Source: Tetramitus jugosus
Lineage: Eukaryota > Protista > Heterolobosea
Assembly (NCBI GenBank): GCA_937625935.1
Contig: OW569375.1
Coordinates: 372,001 to 436,000 of the forward strand
Direction of reading: 5' to 3'
Length of the DNA stretch: 64,000 bases
Within the stretch, counting starts at the first letter, position 1, and every line of letters begins with the position of its first letter. A program made the position numbers and the translations under genes. Below are positions 1 through 11,735 of the stretch, piece after piece. The notes under the pieces are model-generated. The model was not told the origin of the DNA, made no database searches, and worked only from the letters and a program-made list of their open reading frames with translations.

Positions 1-2
1 AC

Positions 3-554
3 TATGAGTGGACAGCCCAGTGGTACTCATACCTGTACTCAAGCAAGATTGCTATGATATTTTGCGTACTCAGCCCTGTTATACTCATTATAGCATCGTT
101 ATGTATGATTGTGACGTCCTTCTCCCTTGGATTCCGGATTGTGATATTCCCTCCAAAGAAAGTGTACTCACCAGCGATTGCCACCGCCACCATTCGAATT
201 CAGTTGCACACGCTGCATCCAATGAGAATGATTATCTATGCACTGTTGGTATTGATGGTTGTGATTCTAGCACCAGGAAGGAGTGACCCGAGCTACTTTT
301 ATGTATTCCTGATGATTCCGCTAGAGCTGTGCATGGGACTCTCAGCTCGAACCCTGAACTGGATGTTCTACTGTTGCTTTGCTCGGCGTTATACCACTGA
401 ATCGCCATACTTCTCAGAAATGATGAATCTTGGTTTTGAGCCCTTCTTCTGTGGATGCAAGGGAATTGAAGGATCTTGTTATGAATTCACACATTGCTGT
501 ACCGGCAGAGGCAGTGCCCGGACCGATGTAGAAATGAAGACATACAGGAAATAA
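3..554 (+). CDS. 3' part of a multi-pass membrane protein (begins upstream of window)
   Basis: Frame of ORF 54..554 is open back to position 3. Three hydrophobic stretches and a Cys-rich tail; family not recognised. Confidence 0.5.
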   Translation, partial: YEWTAQWYSYLYSSKIAMIFCVLSPVILIIASLCMIVTSFSLGFRIVIFPPKKVYSPAIATATIRIQLHTLHPMRMIIYALLVLMVVILAPGRSDPSYFYVFLMIPLELCMGLSARTLNWMFYCCFARRYTTESPYFSEMMNLGFEPFFCGCKGIEGSCYEFTHCCTGRGSARTDVEMKTYRK

Positions 555-681
555 ACAGGTGATCTCAACCATCCGATGTCAGTCCTGAACGGAGTTGATC
601 AGCAGGAGTTTTGAATCTCCGTTTTTGAAGAAGGCGGGAAAAAAAACTGTTGGCACAAAAAACAAAATCTCCAACCAAAAA

Positions 682-2243
682 ATGACAAACTTATTCCGTC
701 GATTCACACTGGCACTAGCAGTGTTGTGTGCTGTTGTGTTTGCATTCGTGCAAGCAGATGCCAAAGCAGACAAAATTACGTCTCTTCCAGGCTACACAGA
801 CCCTATTCGCTTTAATCAATATGCAGGCTACTTGCTTGCCAATGCTACCAACAATAGAAACTTGTTTTATTGGTTTGTTGAGTCACAAAACAACCCAAGT
901 ACCGATCCTGTATGTACTCTATCACACATGTCCTTGTTTTTGGTGAATGAGCTTTTTTTTTGTGTGTTGCGTCGATTACAGCGCTGGAAAAAAAACTTAG
1001 CTCACACACATAAACACGAATAATAATGTAGGTTGTCTTGTGGATGAACGGTGGACCAGGTTGCAGCTCTCTTGCTGGATTCATGAGTGAACACTCTCCA
1101 TTTACATTGCAAACAGACGGTAAGACACTCAAGACCAATCCCTTCTCATGGAATCGTGTGGCCAATGTCATTTATTTGGAATCTCCTGTTGGTGTTGGAT
1201 ACTCCTACTCTGACAATCCAAAGATTGATTACAATCAATTCAATGATGACAAGACTGCTAATGATGTGTATCATGCACTTGTGAGCTTCTTTGCAAAGTT
1301 CCCTCAGTACAGATCCAATGAATTCTATGTGTCTGGTGAGTCCTATGCCGGTCATTATGTGCCTGTGAGTACCTACCATATTCATATGGGTAATTTGCAA
1401 GGTGGTAATCCACGTATCAATCTCAAGGGATTTGTGGTCGGTAATGGTGTGACTGATGGTCGTGAAGACACAAACAGCATTCCTCCATTCATGTTCCATC
1501 ATGCACTGATTAGTCAAGCGTACTATGAAAACTCTTTGAAGGTGTGCAGTGGTGATTTCTACAAGAACCAAAATGTTCCACAGTGCAGTGAAGCATTGAA
1601 CAACATGTTTGTGATTATTGCTGGTGTCAATCCATATTGGTTGGCTGGTCCATGTGAAGGTGATCCATCTCCATTCGCATCTGCAGAAGAAGCATTGCAA
1701 AAGAGAGATTTGAACGGTACTCATCCATTGTTCCAATTGTGGAGAATGGCAAAGAAGGGATCCAACGGTGGAGCTCCATGTATTGACTCTGATCCAGAGA
1801 CTACTTACTTCAACACTCCTGAAGTGAAGAAGGCCATTCATGCCAGAGAGGACATCAAGTGGGAGTTCTGCAGTGATTCTGTCAATGAAAAGTATGACAG
1901 AAGCTACGACAGCATGCTTCCATTTTATGCCAAGTTGTTGAACTCTGGTTATAGAGCTCTTGTCTACACTGGAGACATGGACATGGCAGTGAACAGTTTG
2001 GGTACTGAAATGTCTTTGACCAAGTTGGCTGAGATGATGAAGTCCACTGTTGTTGATACTTGGAGAACATGGACCTATGAATCATCTCAAGGATATGGCA
2101 AGCAAGTTGGTGGTATGACCATGACTTACTCTAACAATTTGCAATTCACTACTGCTCGTTCCTGCGGTCACATGGTTCCATCAACTTGTCCTAGCCGTGG
2201 TTTCACATTGTTCAGCAAGTGGTTGGCCAATAAGCCATTATAA
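682..2243 (+). CDS. Serine carboxypeptidase, peptidase S10 (cathepsin A-like), secreted; exons 682-909 and 1032-2243
   Basis: Signal peptide; LFYWFVESQ, WMNGGPGCSS, ESPVGVGYS, GESYAG (catalytic Ser), GDMD, GHMVP. Intron 910-1031 (GTATGT...TAG) gives in-frame STDP|VVLWMNGG. Confidence 0.95.
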
Positions 2244-2284
2244 TAAAGGACATCGAGTGATTCTTTACGAACAAATGTGGATTT

Positions 2285-3226
2285 TTATTCGAACATGTCA
2301 TATCCCCAATGATCAACCGGATTGATATATCTTTCATTCTTATTGAGAAGCTTCATTTGCTCCATGTCTTGCTCTGAGAGTTCAAAATCAAATAGTTGAA
2401 TGTTCTTTTCGATCCGTTCTGGTGTGACTGACTTTGGGATGACGACAATATCTCTTTGCAAAGCCCATCGAAGCAAAACTTGAGCTGTGGTCTTGCCTAA
2501 TCGTTCCGCAATTTGCTTTACAACAGGATCGTTCATTGGTCCCTCAGGACGGTTCGATCCTAGTGGAGAGTAGGCCACAGTACGAATATCAGCAATCTGT
2601 CGCGATTGTAACACGAGCTTTTCTTGACTCAAATATGGATGAATTTCGACTTGATTGACCACTGGTTGAATAGTCGCGCTCGATGATAGATTCATCAAGG
2701 ATTGAGTTGAGAAATTACTGACACCAATGCTCTTCACCAACCCATCCTTGACCAATTGTTCCATTTGTTGCCACGTTTCATGCATGGGCGCTCTCTCCAA
2801 CAGAACAGGACTATTCTTACTCGATGGATCCGCTCTCTTCAACTTGTACTGCGTTTTATCATACAAATCAATTCCATTGTACACAATACTCAATGGCCAA
2901 TGAATCAAATAGAGATCCAAATAATCGAGCTTCAAATCCTTCAAGCTCTTTTCACATGCCTCTCGTACATGCTTGTGATGAGTGTTCCACAACTTTGATG
3001 TCACAAACAAGTTTTGTCTCTGTTGTCCTTTGTTGACACCTTGCTTTTGCAGTGCCGAACCAATGTCCTTCTCATTCAGATAAATGCTGGCACAGTCAAT
3101 GTGAGTATAACCAGATTTGAGAGCAGATTGGATGGAAGTATGGATCTGATCGGGTGTTGCTTGCCACGTACCCAGACCAATACTGGGCATCATTCGGCCA
3201 TTGTTGAGTCGAACCAATTGCTTCAT
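2285..3226 (-). CDS. Aldo-keto reductase (AKR1-like)
   Basis: MPSIGLGTW, HIDCASIY, LFVTSKLW, DLYLIHWP, IGVSNF, NQVEIHPY, IPKS motifs. Confidence 0.95.
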   Translation of the reverse strand: MKQLVRLNNGRMMPSIGLGTWQATPDQIHTSIQSALKSGYTHIDCASIYLNEKDIGSALQKQGVNKGQQRQNLFVTSKLWNTHHKHVREACEKSLKDLKLDYLDLYLIHWPLSIVYNGIDLYDKTQYKLKRADPSSKNSPVLLERAPMHETWQQMEQLVKDGLVKSIGVSNFSTQSLMNLSSSATIQPVVNQVEIHPYLSQEKLVLQSRQIADIRTVAYSPLGSNRPEGPMNDPVVKQIAERLGKTTAQVLLRWALQRDIVVIPKSVTPERIEKNIQLFDFELSEQDMEQMKLLNKNERYINPVDHWGYDMFE

Positions 3227-3584
3227 TTTGTTTTTATGCTTGGTGACGACGGAGGAACGACGGACAAATTCAATCCTATGAATGGTGAATTACTCTAAGA
3301 GATGGTTGTCATCAACCGAGCAATCAATGTGGTGGAAGTCACAGGTTCCTCTTTTCCTTCCAACAGAGTTGGTATCGTATCGGTTCCGAATCGGAACTTG
3401 TTCCAACACCAGATTGGAGGTTTTCTCTTTTGATGTGTTGGGAGAATCTCTTTTCATTATCCCGATGTCATCGCAACCGAGGGAGGTTATGACAACCTAC
3501 GAAACAACCAACAAACAAAGGTCAGAAAACTAACAAATCACTTTACCAAACCGCCATATATACTTCTGTACTAAACCTGTTATC

Positions 3585-4748
3585 ATGTCTGACAACAATA
3601 ACAACAATCATCCGAATGTGGATAACAACATGAGTGCTCCACCTCAACCTACTCAACAACAACCACCACAAGCACATGAGAATCACACTGCTCTTCCTCC
3701 TCAACAACAACAACAGCAGCAATACATGTACCAAGGATCTCCACCTCCTCAACAACAACAACAACAACAACAACCTTATTATTATCAACCACAACCACAA
3801 CAACAACAAGTAGCATATAATCCACAAATGACAATGCCTCAAATGGCCTATCAACAGCAACCACCCGTGGCAACTTATCCTCAACAACCAATGGTCATGC
3901 CTCAACAACAACAACAACAATATGCTTACAATCCACAACTACAACAACCACAACCACAACAACCAATGCCATATCATCCACAACAACCACAACAGCAGCA
4001 GCAACAAATGATGATGCAACAACCACAACAACAAATGATGGTACCTCAACAACAACAACAACAAGCGGTTGTTGCACTGCCACAGAATGGTGGATCCATG
4101 ATTGATCAAGTGTTTGGACCCAATTCAAGAGCACTTGTCAAACAGAGAATTGAACCGTTTGAGATGTTGACTGGATTCGAAACAGAGAACAAGTATGACA
4201 TTAATTTTGAGAATGGATACAAGGCTGTTGCCATGGAAGACAGTGAATTCTTTGCTAGGTGGTGCCTGGGTAGTGCTAGACCATTCAAGATGCACATCAT
4301 GTTCAAGGACAATAAGCAAGAGTTCTTAACTTTGGAGAGACCATGGAAATTCATGTTCCATGAAGTCAAAGTCTTTGAAACGTTGAACAATAAGAAGTAC
4401 TTGGGAAAGATTAAGCTTCGATGTTCTTTTTGCACAAAGGAAATGTCCATTTTTGATGACAAGGATCAAATGATTTATCAAATCATTGCACCATTCTGTT
4501 CCTTCTGGACGTTCTATATTGAGACAGTGGACGGTCAACGTGTGGGTGAAGTGCGTAAGAAGTGGTCTGGATTCCTGAAGGAAATGTATACTGATGCGGA
4601 CAATTTTGGTGTTCAATTCCCGCCAACTGCCACACCTACTCACAAGGCAGTCTTGTTAGCAGCCACCTTCTTGATCGATTTCTTGTATTTCGAGGACAAC
4701 CAAGGCAATCGCAACAACAGAAACCAGAGTATAATGTTCTCTAACTAA
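3585..4748 (+). CDS. Phospholipid scramblase (PLSCR family) with Gln/Pro-rich N-terminus
   Basis: EMLTGFETENKY, KKWSGFLKEMYTDADNFGVQFP and KAVLLAATFLIDFLYFE are hallmark scramblase segments. Confidence 0.93.
   Translation: MSDNNNNNHPNVDNNMSAPPQPTQQQPPQAHENHTALPPQQQQQQQYMYQGSPPPQQQQQQQQPYYYQPQPQQQQVAYNPQMTMPQMAYQQQPPVATYPQQPMVMPQQQQQQYAYNPQLQQPQPQQPMPYHPQQPQQQQQQMMMQQPQQQMMVPQQQQQQAVVALPQNGGSMIDQVFGPNSRALVKQRIEPFEMLTGFETENKYDINFENGYKAVAMEDSEFFARWCLGSARPFKMHIMFKDNKQEFLTLERPWKFMFHEVKVFETLNNKKYLGKIKLRCSFCTKEMSIFDDKDQMIYQIIAPFCSFWTFYIETVDGQRVGEVRKKWSGFLKEMYTDADNFGVQFPPTATPTHKAVLLAATFLIDFLYFEDNQGNRNNRNQSIMFSN
3650..4065 (+). repeat. Imperfect (CAA)n low-complexity tract encoding poly-Q/P
   Basis: Runs of caacaacaa throughout the scramblase 5' coding region. 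Confidence 0.85.
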
Positions 4749-4887
4749 AGAACGACTGTTTTCCCATTTTTTTCATTTTCTCCGACGGCAACTTCAACGA
4801 ACAATCATACCGTAGTCCACTTGCTGGGTGATCGTTAAATTTTCTTCTGACAGAGCGTGTAACGGTCAATTGTGTGACATTCGTTGC

Positions 4888-4905
4888 GCGCCAAAACTTA
4901 CGCGT
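4888..4905. promoter_or_regulatory. E2F-like site (GCGCCAAA, 4888-4895) next to an MCB-like ACGCGT (4900-4905)
   Basis: Exact matches in a locally CpG-rich intergenic segment upstream of 5341; function inferred. Confidence 0.3.
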
Positions 4906-5340
4906 CATGCACGATGACTGATTTCTGTTTCGTGGCGAAAAGTACAAGCGAGAGCGAAATAGGACGACACGTAGCGATAAAGCCTCCAGCGACGAAACAA
5001 GTTTCCATTCACCCATTTTATGGTGACTGAACATTTCATGTGTCACAGGAAAAGGGAGGAGCTAGTAGCCCGTTCGATCTGACGCGGCAGTGATCGTTCG
5101 AGGAGTACCCAATACGGTTCCAATGTCAAATAACCTCTTAAGTGCGTACAGAAGGAGCTCCTCGCACTCACTTCCAATCATAAAAACAACAAACAACAAA
5201 ACAATAACAAATCTCTCTCACTTCATTTCACTCATAACTAGTTTATTGAAACCAAATAGCTTTTAATCCATTGCTAGCTCTCCTTTCCTTTTTACTACCA
5301 AATAAGAAAACACTCCACACACCCAACACACATAACATCC

Positions 5341-5793
5341 ATGTCTCCTCATACCACCGCCACCTTGACCAATAACACCATGAACTCCTACAATACCAAT
5401 GAAACCATGAATGCTCTCTTTAGCAACACTCTAGTTACCAATAATACTACCACCATTTGCCCGAGCAACCATTTCTCTGACTCCTCCAACAATGAATTCC
5501 AAGAATTGACATTACCAAGCCCATCCACCACACTTTTAACTTTAACATTGGACGCTGCAGTTGCTCATCAAGGAGATATCTCTAACACCAGTGAACCAAG
5601 CTTTCTGAGATTTGTGGACGTGGACTCCCCGCTGTTTCCTAATCTCCATTGCGCTGAAACTAGTCAGCAAACCCCCCTGTCTAAAGTCCGTCGCGCAAGA
5701 TCATCCCCTCCTGGCGCGCCAAAACGGATCAGCAAGAAAACTGTAAGGACAAACGTTGATTTTTCAAGAATCACAAGACGATTGGTATTCTGA
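5341..5793 (+). CDS. Small Ser/Thr-rich protein ending in PPGAPKR...RRLVF (possible cyclin-binding regulator)
   Basis: ATG after an AC-rich leader like other genes here; C-terminal RxL-type motif; no firm family. Confidence 0.6.
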   Translation: MSPHTTATLTNNTMNSYNTNETMNALFSNTLVTNNTTTICPSNHFSDSSNNEFQELTLPSPSTTLLTLTLDAAVAHQGDISNTSEPSFLRFVDVDSPLFPNLHCAETSQQTPLSKVRRARSSPPGAPKRISKKTVRTNVDFSRITRRLVF

Positions 5794-6781
5794 ATAGATT
5801 ACTACCAAAACGATCTTGCCTCCTTTCCATCCAATCACTGACTCCTTCTTCTCGATCGACGACCATCCATGGTGATCGAACGGCTTCTCATACTCCAACC
5901 CCAATATCCAATTTTGAACAGCTGAAACAAACCAACAATTGTTGAAGCGTTTTTGACCATGAGCAACTCCTTTCGATAATTGTAAATAAATAGAGCTCGA
6001 AACATTCAAACACTTATCGCAATAATTCTCGATGGAAGATTCGTTGATAGTGATACCACCTGTGGTGGTTGTCAACGAGTACTTGTGGTTGTCAACTGGA
6101 TCTGAAGTAAGCTCTCTAATGATCAGGAGGAACTGAGCACGAACCCTTTTTTGCATCGCTTGACAAGAAATAATGACATGAATCGGAGCTCGAACACTGT
6201 TTCGGGAAGACTGTTGGAGAATTTTACAGTTTTTGACAAGAGATGTCAATTTAATGGAGGTTAGAATGTGGTTGGAGCTTTTCCTTGTTTGGTTTGGCGC
6301 CTCCTAACCACTCAACCACACTCCCAAAAGCTTTCATAGTTAGGTTTTACAATCTTTCTCTTCAAACAAAAGCAAACTAACCAACCTCTAATTAACACCT
6401 AATTAACAAAACACAGAGCTTGTTGTTACCCTGACACACTTTGTGGATCCTAGTGCACACATACAAAAAGCTATAACACAAGCTGCCCAAAAGCTAACAA
6501 GAGAGATCAAATAGAAGTAAACGTTTAGATACAAAACATGGTACATAAAGTTATTGTTACAGAAAAGAGTATGTACTAAGTCAAATTTATTGTATGCCAG
6601 AAATCTAACCCAACCATACACAACGATCTTTGAGATCTCTCATCATGTGACGTTCACTAACTTTTTGTATCTACTTCTTTCATTCTTCTTAACTTTATGA
6701 TGGTGGTGTTTTGATCTACTGGTGTGATCAATTGATCGTTTTTGTATGGTCCATGATCGCTCATGTTCTGTCATTACTCAC

Positions 6782-8409
6782 ATGCGAATAATGATAGGAT
6801 GGAGTTCATATTCAGCAGACAATGCACCTTGCGGCAGGTATGTTAATGATGTTTACTGTAGTTTTTGTATGAGAAGATGTGACTTCAAACTCACCCTATA
6901 ACTCACTCTTTATCTCTCTGACACGTTATTGATTGGTTGAACTACTAATAAATGTACGAAATGAAGATATGGCCATCGTGTCATAGCATATAGAGACAGA
7001 ATGATACTCCACGGTGGGTACAATGGAAGCACTAGATTAAATGACACTTTTGAGTTTCATCTGGGTAAGTGGTGGTTTTTGTGTATGCTTGTTGAAGAGT
7101 AACTGTTCTTTAGGATGGAGAAGAGCAGAGGAGAGATGGCGATCGTCTTTTGTGTGTTGTCATGCTTTTTTGTATTTGATGTTTTTCTTTGGTTTTCACA
7201 CCCAAAAAACTCCTCCATACCAACAGAGAAAAAGATTTGGCGTGAGATCCAACCACAAGACGATGTGAAACCCACTGAGAGAGATTGTCACTCGGCTGTC
7301 CTGTACAATCACTACATGATTATTTTTGGTGGAGGAGATGGATTTCATTGGTTGAACGATGTGTGGCAATTTGATGTCATCAGTGAGACATGGTCCAAGA
7401 TTGAGTGCTCTGGTGATGCTCCACCTGGTCGTGCAGGTCACTCTGCTAATATTTGGAAGAACAAAATGTACATTTTTGCTGGATGGAACGGTAGAAGAAC
7501 ATTGAATGATATGTATGAGCTGTGCTTGCGTACCTTTGTGTGGAGAAGGGTGGAAACGAAGGGAGGAACACCTTCGTCCAGAGATTCTCATACAACGAAC
7601 ATTGTGTCCGATACGATGATTGTTGTTGGTGGTGGTGATGGAAAATCAAGGCTCAATGATATGCACCGATATAATTTGAGTATGTTTTCTTTTGTTGTTA
7701 CAATGTGTATGCATGAGAAAGTGTTGGGCTAATTCATGATTCATTTGTGTTATCAGAAACGGAAACATGGGAGAGATTGGAGTGTATTGGAGAGGCAGAG
7801 GCTGGAAGAGCGGGTCATGTCAGCATCATCTTCGATGACAGACTATTCATATTTGGAGGTGGTGACGGAAGTAATTGGCTAAATGATGTCTACGAGTGCA
7901 ACATCAAGGCACCCAAGTGGTCGTTAATTGAACACACAACAGACTCTAGCAGTTCTATCGCTCCTGGTTGTTATGGTCTGTCTGCTGTGGCATATGAGAA
8001 TCAAATGATCATCTTTGGTGGAGGTGATGGCAAGAAGTGGTACAATAACATTTACACCTACAAGCTCGGTGATCACAAGAGAAAGCGCTACACAATGGAT
8101 ATGCTCAGTCTACAATTGGTTAGGCAAGCGTTCAGTGATGTAGACTTTGTGTTCGCTGCAGATCTTCCATACGAAATGGTACCACCTGAGAATTCCACTA
8201 CCAGAATTAGCAAAACACAAGAACCATCCATCTCTGCCAACACTGTTCAAAAGTCGACTTCCACATGTCAGGAATTATTGACTGTTGATCATTATGATGA
8301 CGATCATGAAGCAATCTCGTCACACATGGTGAGTGCGGTCTATTATGGAGCTTATGAGGAATACTTGGCCATGAGAGAGGACATCCTTGACAGTAATCAG
8401 ATTGACTAA
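6782..8409 (+). CDS. Kelch-repeat beta-propeller protein (LZTR1/RABEPK-like); exons 6782-6837, 6967-7064, 7227-7679, 7757-8409
   Basis: Six kelch blades (e.g. RYGHRV..LHGGYNG, RAGHSA..FAGWNG, RDSHTT..VGGGDG). Introns 6838-6966, 7065-7226 and 7680-7756 all preserve frame. Confidence 0.85.
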
Positions 8410-8705
8410 TGGTCAGTTTCTTGATCTAATCAAAGAATTGATGACTCGTTGGTGCCAAAGTCATCAAGTCCTCCGAGGCGCTAAGGTTAATTTTTCTGTG
8501 TTGGCACCATCCTAACCAATCTATATCTATATTCTAATATTCAGTGGTTATTCATTCACCAGATGAAACATCTAACTCTGACAACAGAGTATGTTGTCAG
8601 TGCATACACATTCGGTAGTGAATGAATGATGACCCATACATTGTAAAACTAATACACAAATCGTTACAAAATATGAACCTTATAGCTATTTTATTTCCCT
8701 GACCA

Positions 8706-9452
8706 TTACATGAGAATGAATTGACCCTTGAAACTTCTGATTACAGTTGCACAGAATACGAAGAAAGAAAAACACAAATAACTAGCCACTATCAATGTTA
8801 CTTTCACAACAGATCCCTGATGATTCTGCAATTCAAAGTGAGATGCGAGTGCCAGAGCTGCGTGATCGATCCAATGAGTCCAGCCTCCTAATGCAGGCAA
8901 TAACCAGAACAACAGTGACTTACCGTCTCCTGCAATTATAGAAGCTGCTTCATGCGCAAGATTTGCAACATCCTCATCAGCAATGACCAACTGTCTCGTC
9001 CTTCCTTCAACAATCATCGAATCACCTTGTGCTCCATTCTTGAAGCTCAACTTGCAGTGATCAACCTTCGTACTATCTAGTCTTCCGCTCATACATTGAG
9101 CAATGATCTCATTCAAGCGCTGAAGACCATTCACAAACTTTACAAATATTTTTACAATCGATGGATTCAACAGGACAAATGCAACCGTACAAACACACAA
9201 CGGAAAGCAATACAGTGCAAACATGGGAGATATCAATGGAGTCCCCAACAACAGCAAATAAATCAAGATGGATGATATCATGGTGAATATTGAAGTCCTT
9301 GAAATCTCGTTTGTGTTTTTTCCTTTTCCCAAAATAACAAAACAACTTCCTCCTTCATTTTCTTGCGAATGGGAGGAGTGTGGGGAAGGACAATGTGAAC
9401 ATGAACAATTGGAATCGAAGTCGGTAGGTGTTGCGATGTGATGATGGTTCAT
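8706..9452 (-). CDS. Hypothetical membrane protein
   Basis: About 248-aa ORF from first ATG with several hydrophobic segments; no recognised motif; start uncertain. Confidence 0.4.
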   Translation of the reverse strand: MNHHHIATPTDFDSNCSCSHCPSPHSSHSQENEGGSCFVILGKGKNTNEISRTSIFTMISSILIYLLLLGTPLISPMFALYCFPLCVCTVAFVLLNPSIVKIFVKFVNGLQRLNEIIAQCMSGRLDSTKVDHCKLSFKNGAQGDSMIVEGRTRQLVIADEDVANLAHEAASIIAGDGKSLLFWLLPALGGWTHWIDHAALALASHFELQNHQGSVVKVTLIVASYLCFSFFVFCATVIRSFKGQFILM

Positions 9453-10151
9453 GAAAGCCCGACACAACAGTTGGTTTTATGGTACAGGACAGTTGGTAGG
9501 TTTTGGTCGGTTCGCGAGTACTTTGTGACTATGGAGTGAATGGTTTCACTGTGGGAGGTTTTTCTTCTTCTCCAAAGGTCAGTTGGAAAGCTTCAGACAA
9601 ACTCTGCAGTTTCCACGCAGAAAATCAGAGATGTGCTGGCATAGTTCCAACGTGGTACATTCTCCGACTTCCTCTACGACAGATAAAAATACTTTAATGT
9701 CCTGATTTTCTCCAGTAACAACGAAGGAACTCCTTGGTTTTCATCTGAGAATTGCTTTGGAGATGATTCCACATGATTTTTTGGAGTTGTGAACAGATGG
9801 CCAGAAACATCATGGTGCACATGTTACAGTCAATGGACATTTCAAGAGACCAATTTTTTAACCTAGAATTCATCAATTCGGAACATCCAACTCAGCATAA
9901 TTGTATTATTATTATTCAACGAACATTAGAACTTGTCCCACCGTAAACAGAAAACGGTCCGCAGATTACCATAATTCCGGTGGTAAGTCCGTTGCGCCTT
10001 TTGAGTTTCCGCGCTAGTGCAAAAGATTCACCCATTGGAGCTTTGGGTGCTCATCTGACTGACACAAGGGAACAAAAACAACCAAACAAATAAATACACA
10101 CGTGACATCATTAACATTGATCATCAACAAACAACAAGAACAACAAAAAAC

Positions 10152-11108
10152 ATGAGTTCCTCCTCAACATCATCAACAACAACAACAACAATACAAAAAT
10201 ATGTGCCCACACGTGAAGTGTACACAATTGTCAATGAAGAAGCCAACAAGCGTCAACTAGAGCTATTGAACGAAACGGAACAATCCAAATTGGAAAAATT
10301 GAGTCAAGCATTGAGCTCTGACTTCCCACATGACATCAAAGACAAGGTAACACTTGTTCGTTTTCTCAAGGCTCGAAAATGGGATGTCGACAAGAGTGAA
10401 ACCATGTTTCGCAATCGAATGAAATGGATCTCAGAGTACAAACCACACAGAATCACACAAGACGAAATACGACCCTGTTCCGAAGCAGGAAAAGCTTTTT
10501 TTTATGGTAGGGATAAGCTAGGTCGGCCCATTCTCATTATTCGTGCATCTTGTCATCGTCACGGTGATAATCTCGACATGTTTTACAAGTATTTTGTGTA
10601 CTTGAGTGAGTTGGGTCAATTGATGGCACCGAACCCACCGCACAACTCGTACTTGATTGTGTATGATCGAGCGGGTAGCAATCGAAAAAATTTTGATCCA
10701 AAAGGCGCTCTAAAAATGATTTCGTTGGGTGATTATTATCCAGAGATGATTGGTAGTGCATGTGTGACTCAACCCAATTTTCTTTATCAAATGTTGTTTA
10801 ATGCGTCAAAAGCGTTCATGGATCCAGTCACCATTAGTAAGATTCATTTGTTTAGTACAAAAAAGGATGAAATGTTGAAACAGTGGTTAGAATTGGTGGG
10901 TGACAAGAGTCAAGTGTTGCCTGATATGGGTGGAAATGCGTCTCAGAGTCCATTGCAACACTATCCTCCAACGGTGCCCGACAAGTTTGTCTCAAAGTTT
11001 TATGTGACTCTGGGCGGAAAGGAAGAAGATGTTTCGGATGATGGAAGTGCATCGTTGGAAGATGATCTTTCACGTCCGCTCGATGGTGCCGAGGATGATT
11101 TGGATTGA
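10152..11108 (+). CDS. CRAL-TRIO/Sec14-like lipid-binding protein
   Basis: LVRFLKARKWDVDKS, GRDKLGRPIL, DYYPEMIG, FMDPVTISKI, LPDMGG. Confidence 0.92.
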   Translation: MSSSSTSSTTTTTIQKYVPTREVYTIVNEEANKRQLELLNETEQSKLEKLSQALSSDFPHDIKDKVTLVRFLKARKWDVDKSETMFRNRMKWISEYKPHRITQDEIRPCSEAGKAFFYGRDKLGRPILIIRASCHRHGDNLDMFYKYFVYLSELGQLMAPNPPHNSYLIVYDRAGSNRKNFDPKGALKMISLGDYYPEMIGSACVTQPNFLYQMLFNASKAFMDPVTISKIHLFSTKKDEMLKQWLELVGDKSQVLPDMGGNASQSPLQHYPPTVPDKFVSKFYVTLGGKEEDVSDDGSASLEDDLSRPLDGAEDDLD

Positions 11109-11735
11109 GAGTCTGTCTGACTTGGTTTTGGATTGGTTTTTTGCGTTGAGTAAAGTGCTCGCGTTATTAAACATCTTCTACTACATAAAAGAACAAACAA
11201 CCCTTCACAATTGTATCCGGATGATATCGTCAGACGAGTATTCTCCTCGCAACTATCACATTTCTGAGCATGTGCGGCCGAAAAGAGTTTAGTGCACCTC
11301 AGGAATGGATTGATACACACGCATTTGAATCATCCTAGCGGAAAGAGGAAGATTGGCACATCAGATGAAGCTTGATACTCATTCATCGAGTGTCGCGTCG
11401 CCGGTGATTTTACACACAAGGCGCGAGTCATTTTCCGGAGTTGATGCCCAAAGTTCTCCTTTGATCCTTTTTCAATGAAGGACACTCGAATATCCGATGA
11501 CACTTGAAGTGCAAAGGACGTGACATCCTACTCGTTCCATTCAGCAGACCAAAACTTGTCATTAAATTCTCGATTCGTTCCAACCAAACAAGTACTATCC
11601 TTGCTGAAAGGAGCATTGCCCTATACGCACCCCCATGATCCACCATCTTCATGATCCTCACAACATCTTTCCACACATTTCCATCTTCACAAACCAACAC
11701 ACAAGCGAGTACCCACCAGATTTAAAAGAGTATAA

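Noticed and set aside
5764-6249. 161-aa minus-strand ORF
   Set aside because: Non-ATG start, overlaps the 3' end of the 5341 gene, no motifs.
9470-9900. Short minus-strand frames upstream of the 8706 ORF as extra exons or a pseudogene
   Set aside because: No consistent splice signals or homology could be established by eye.
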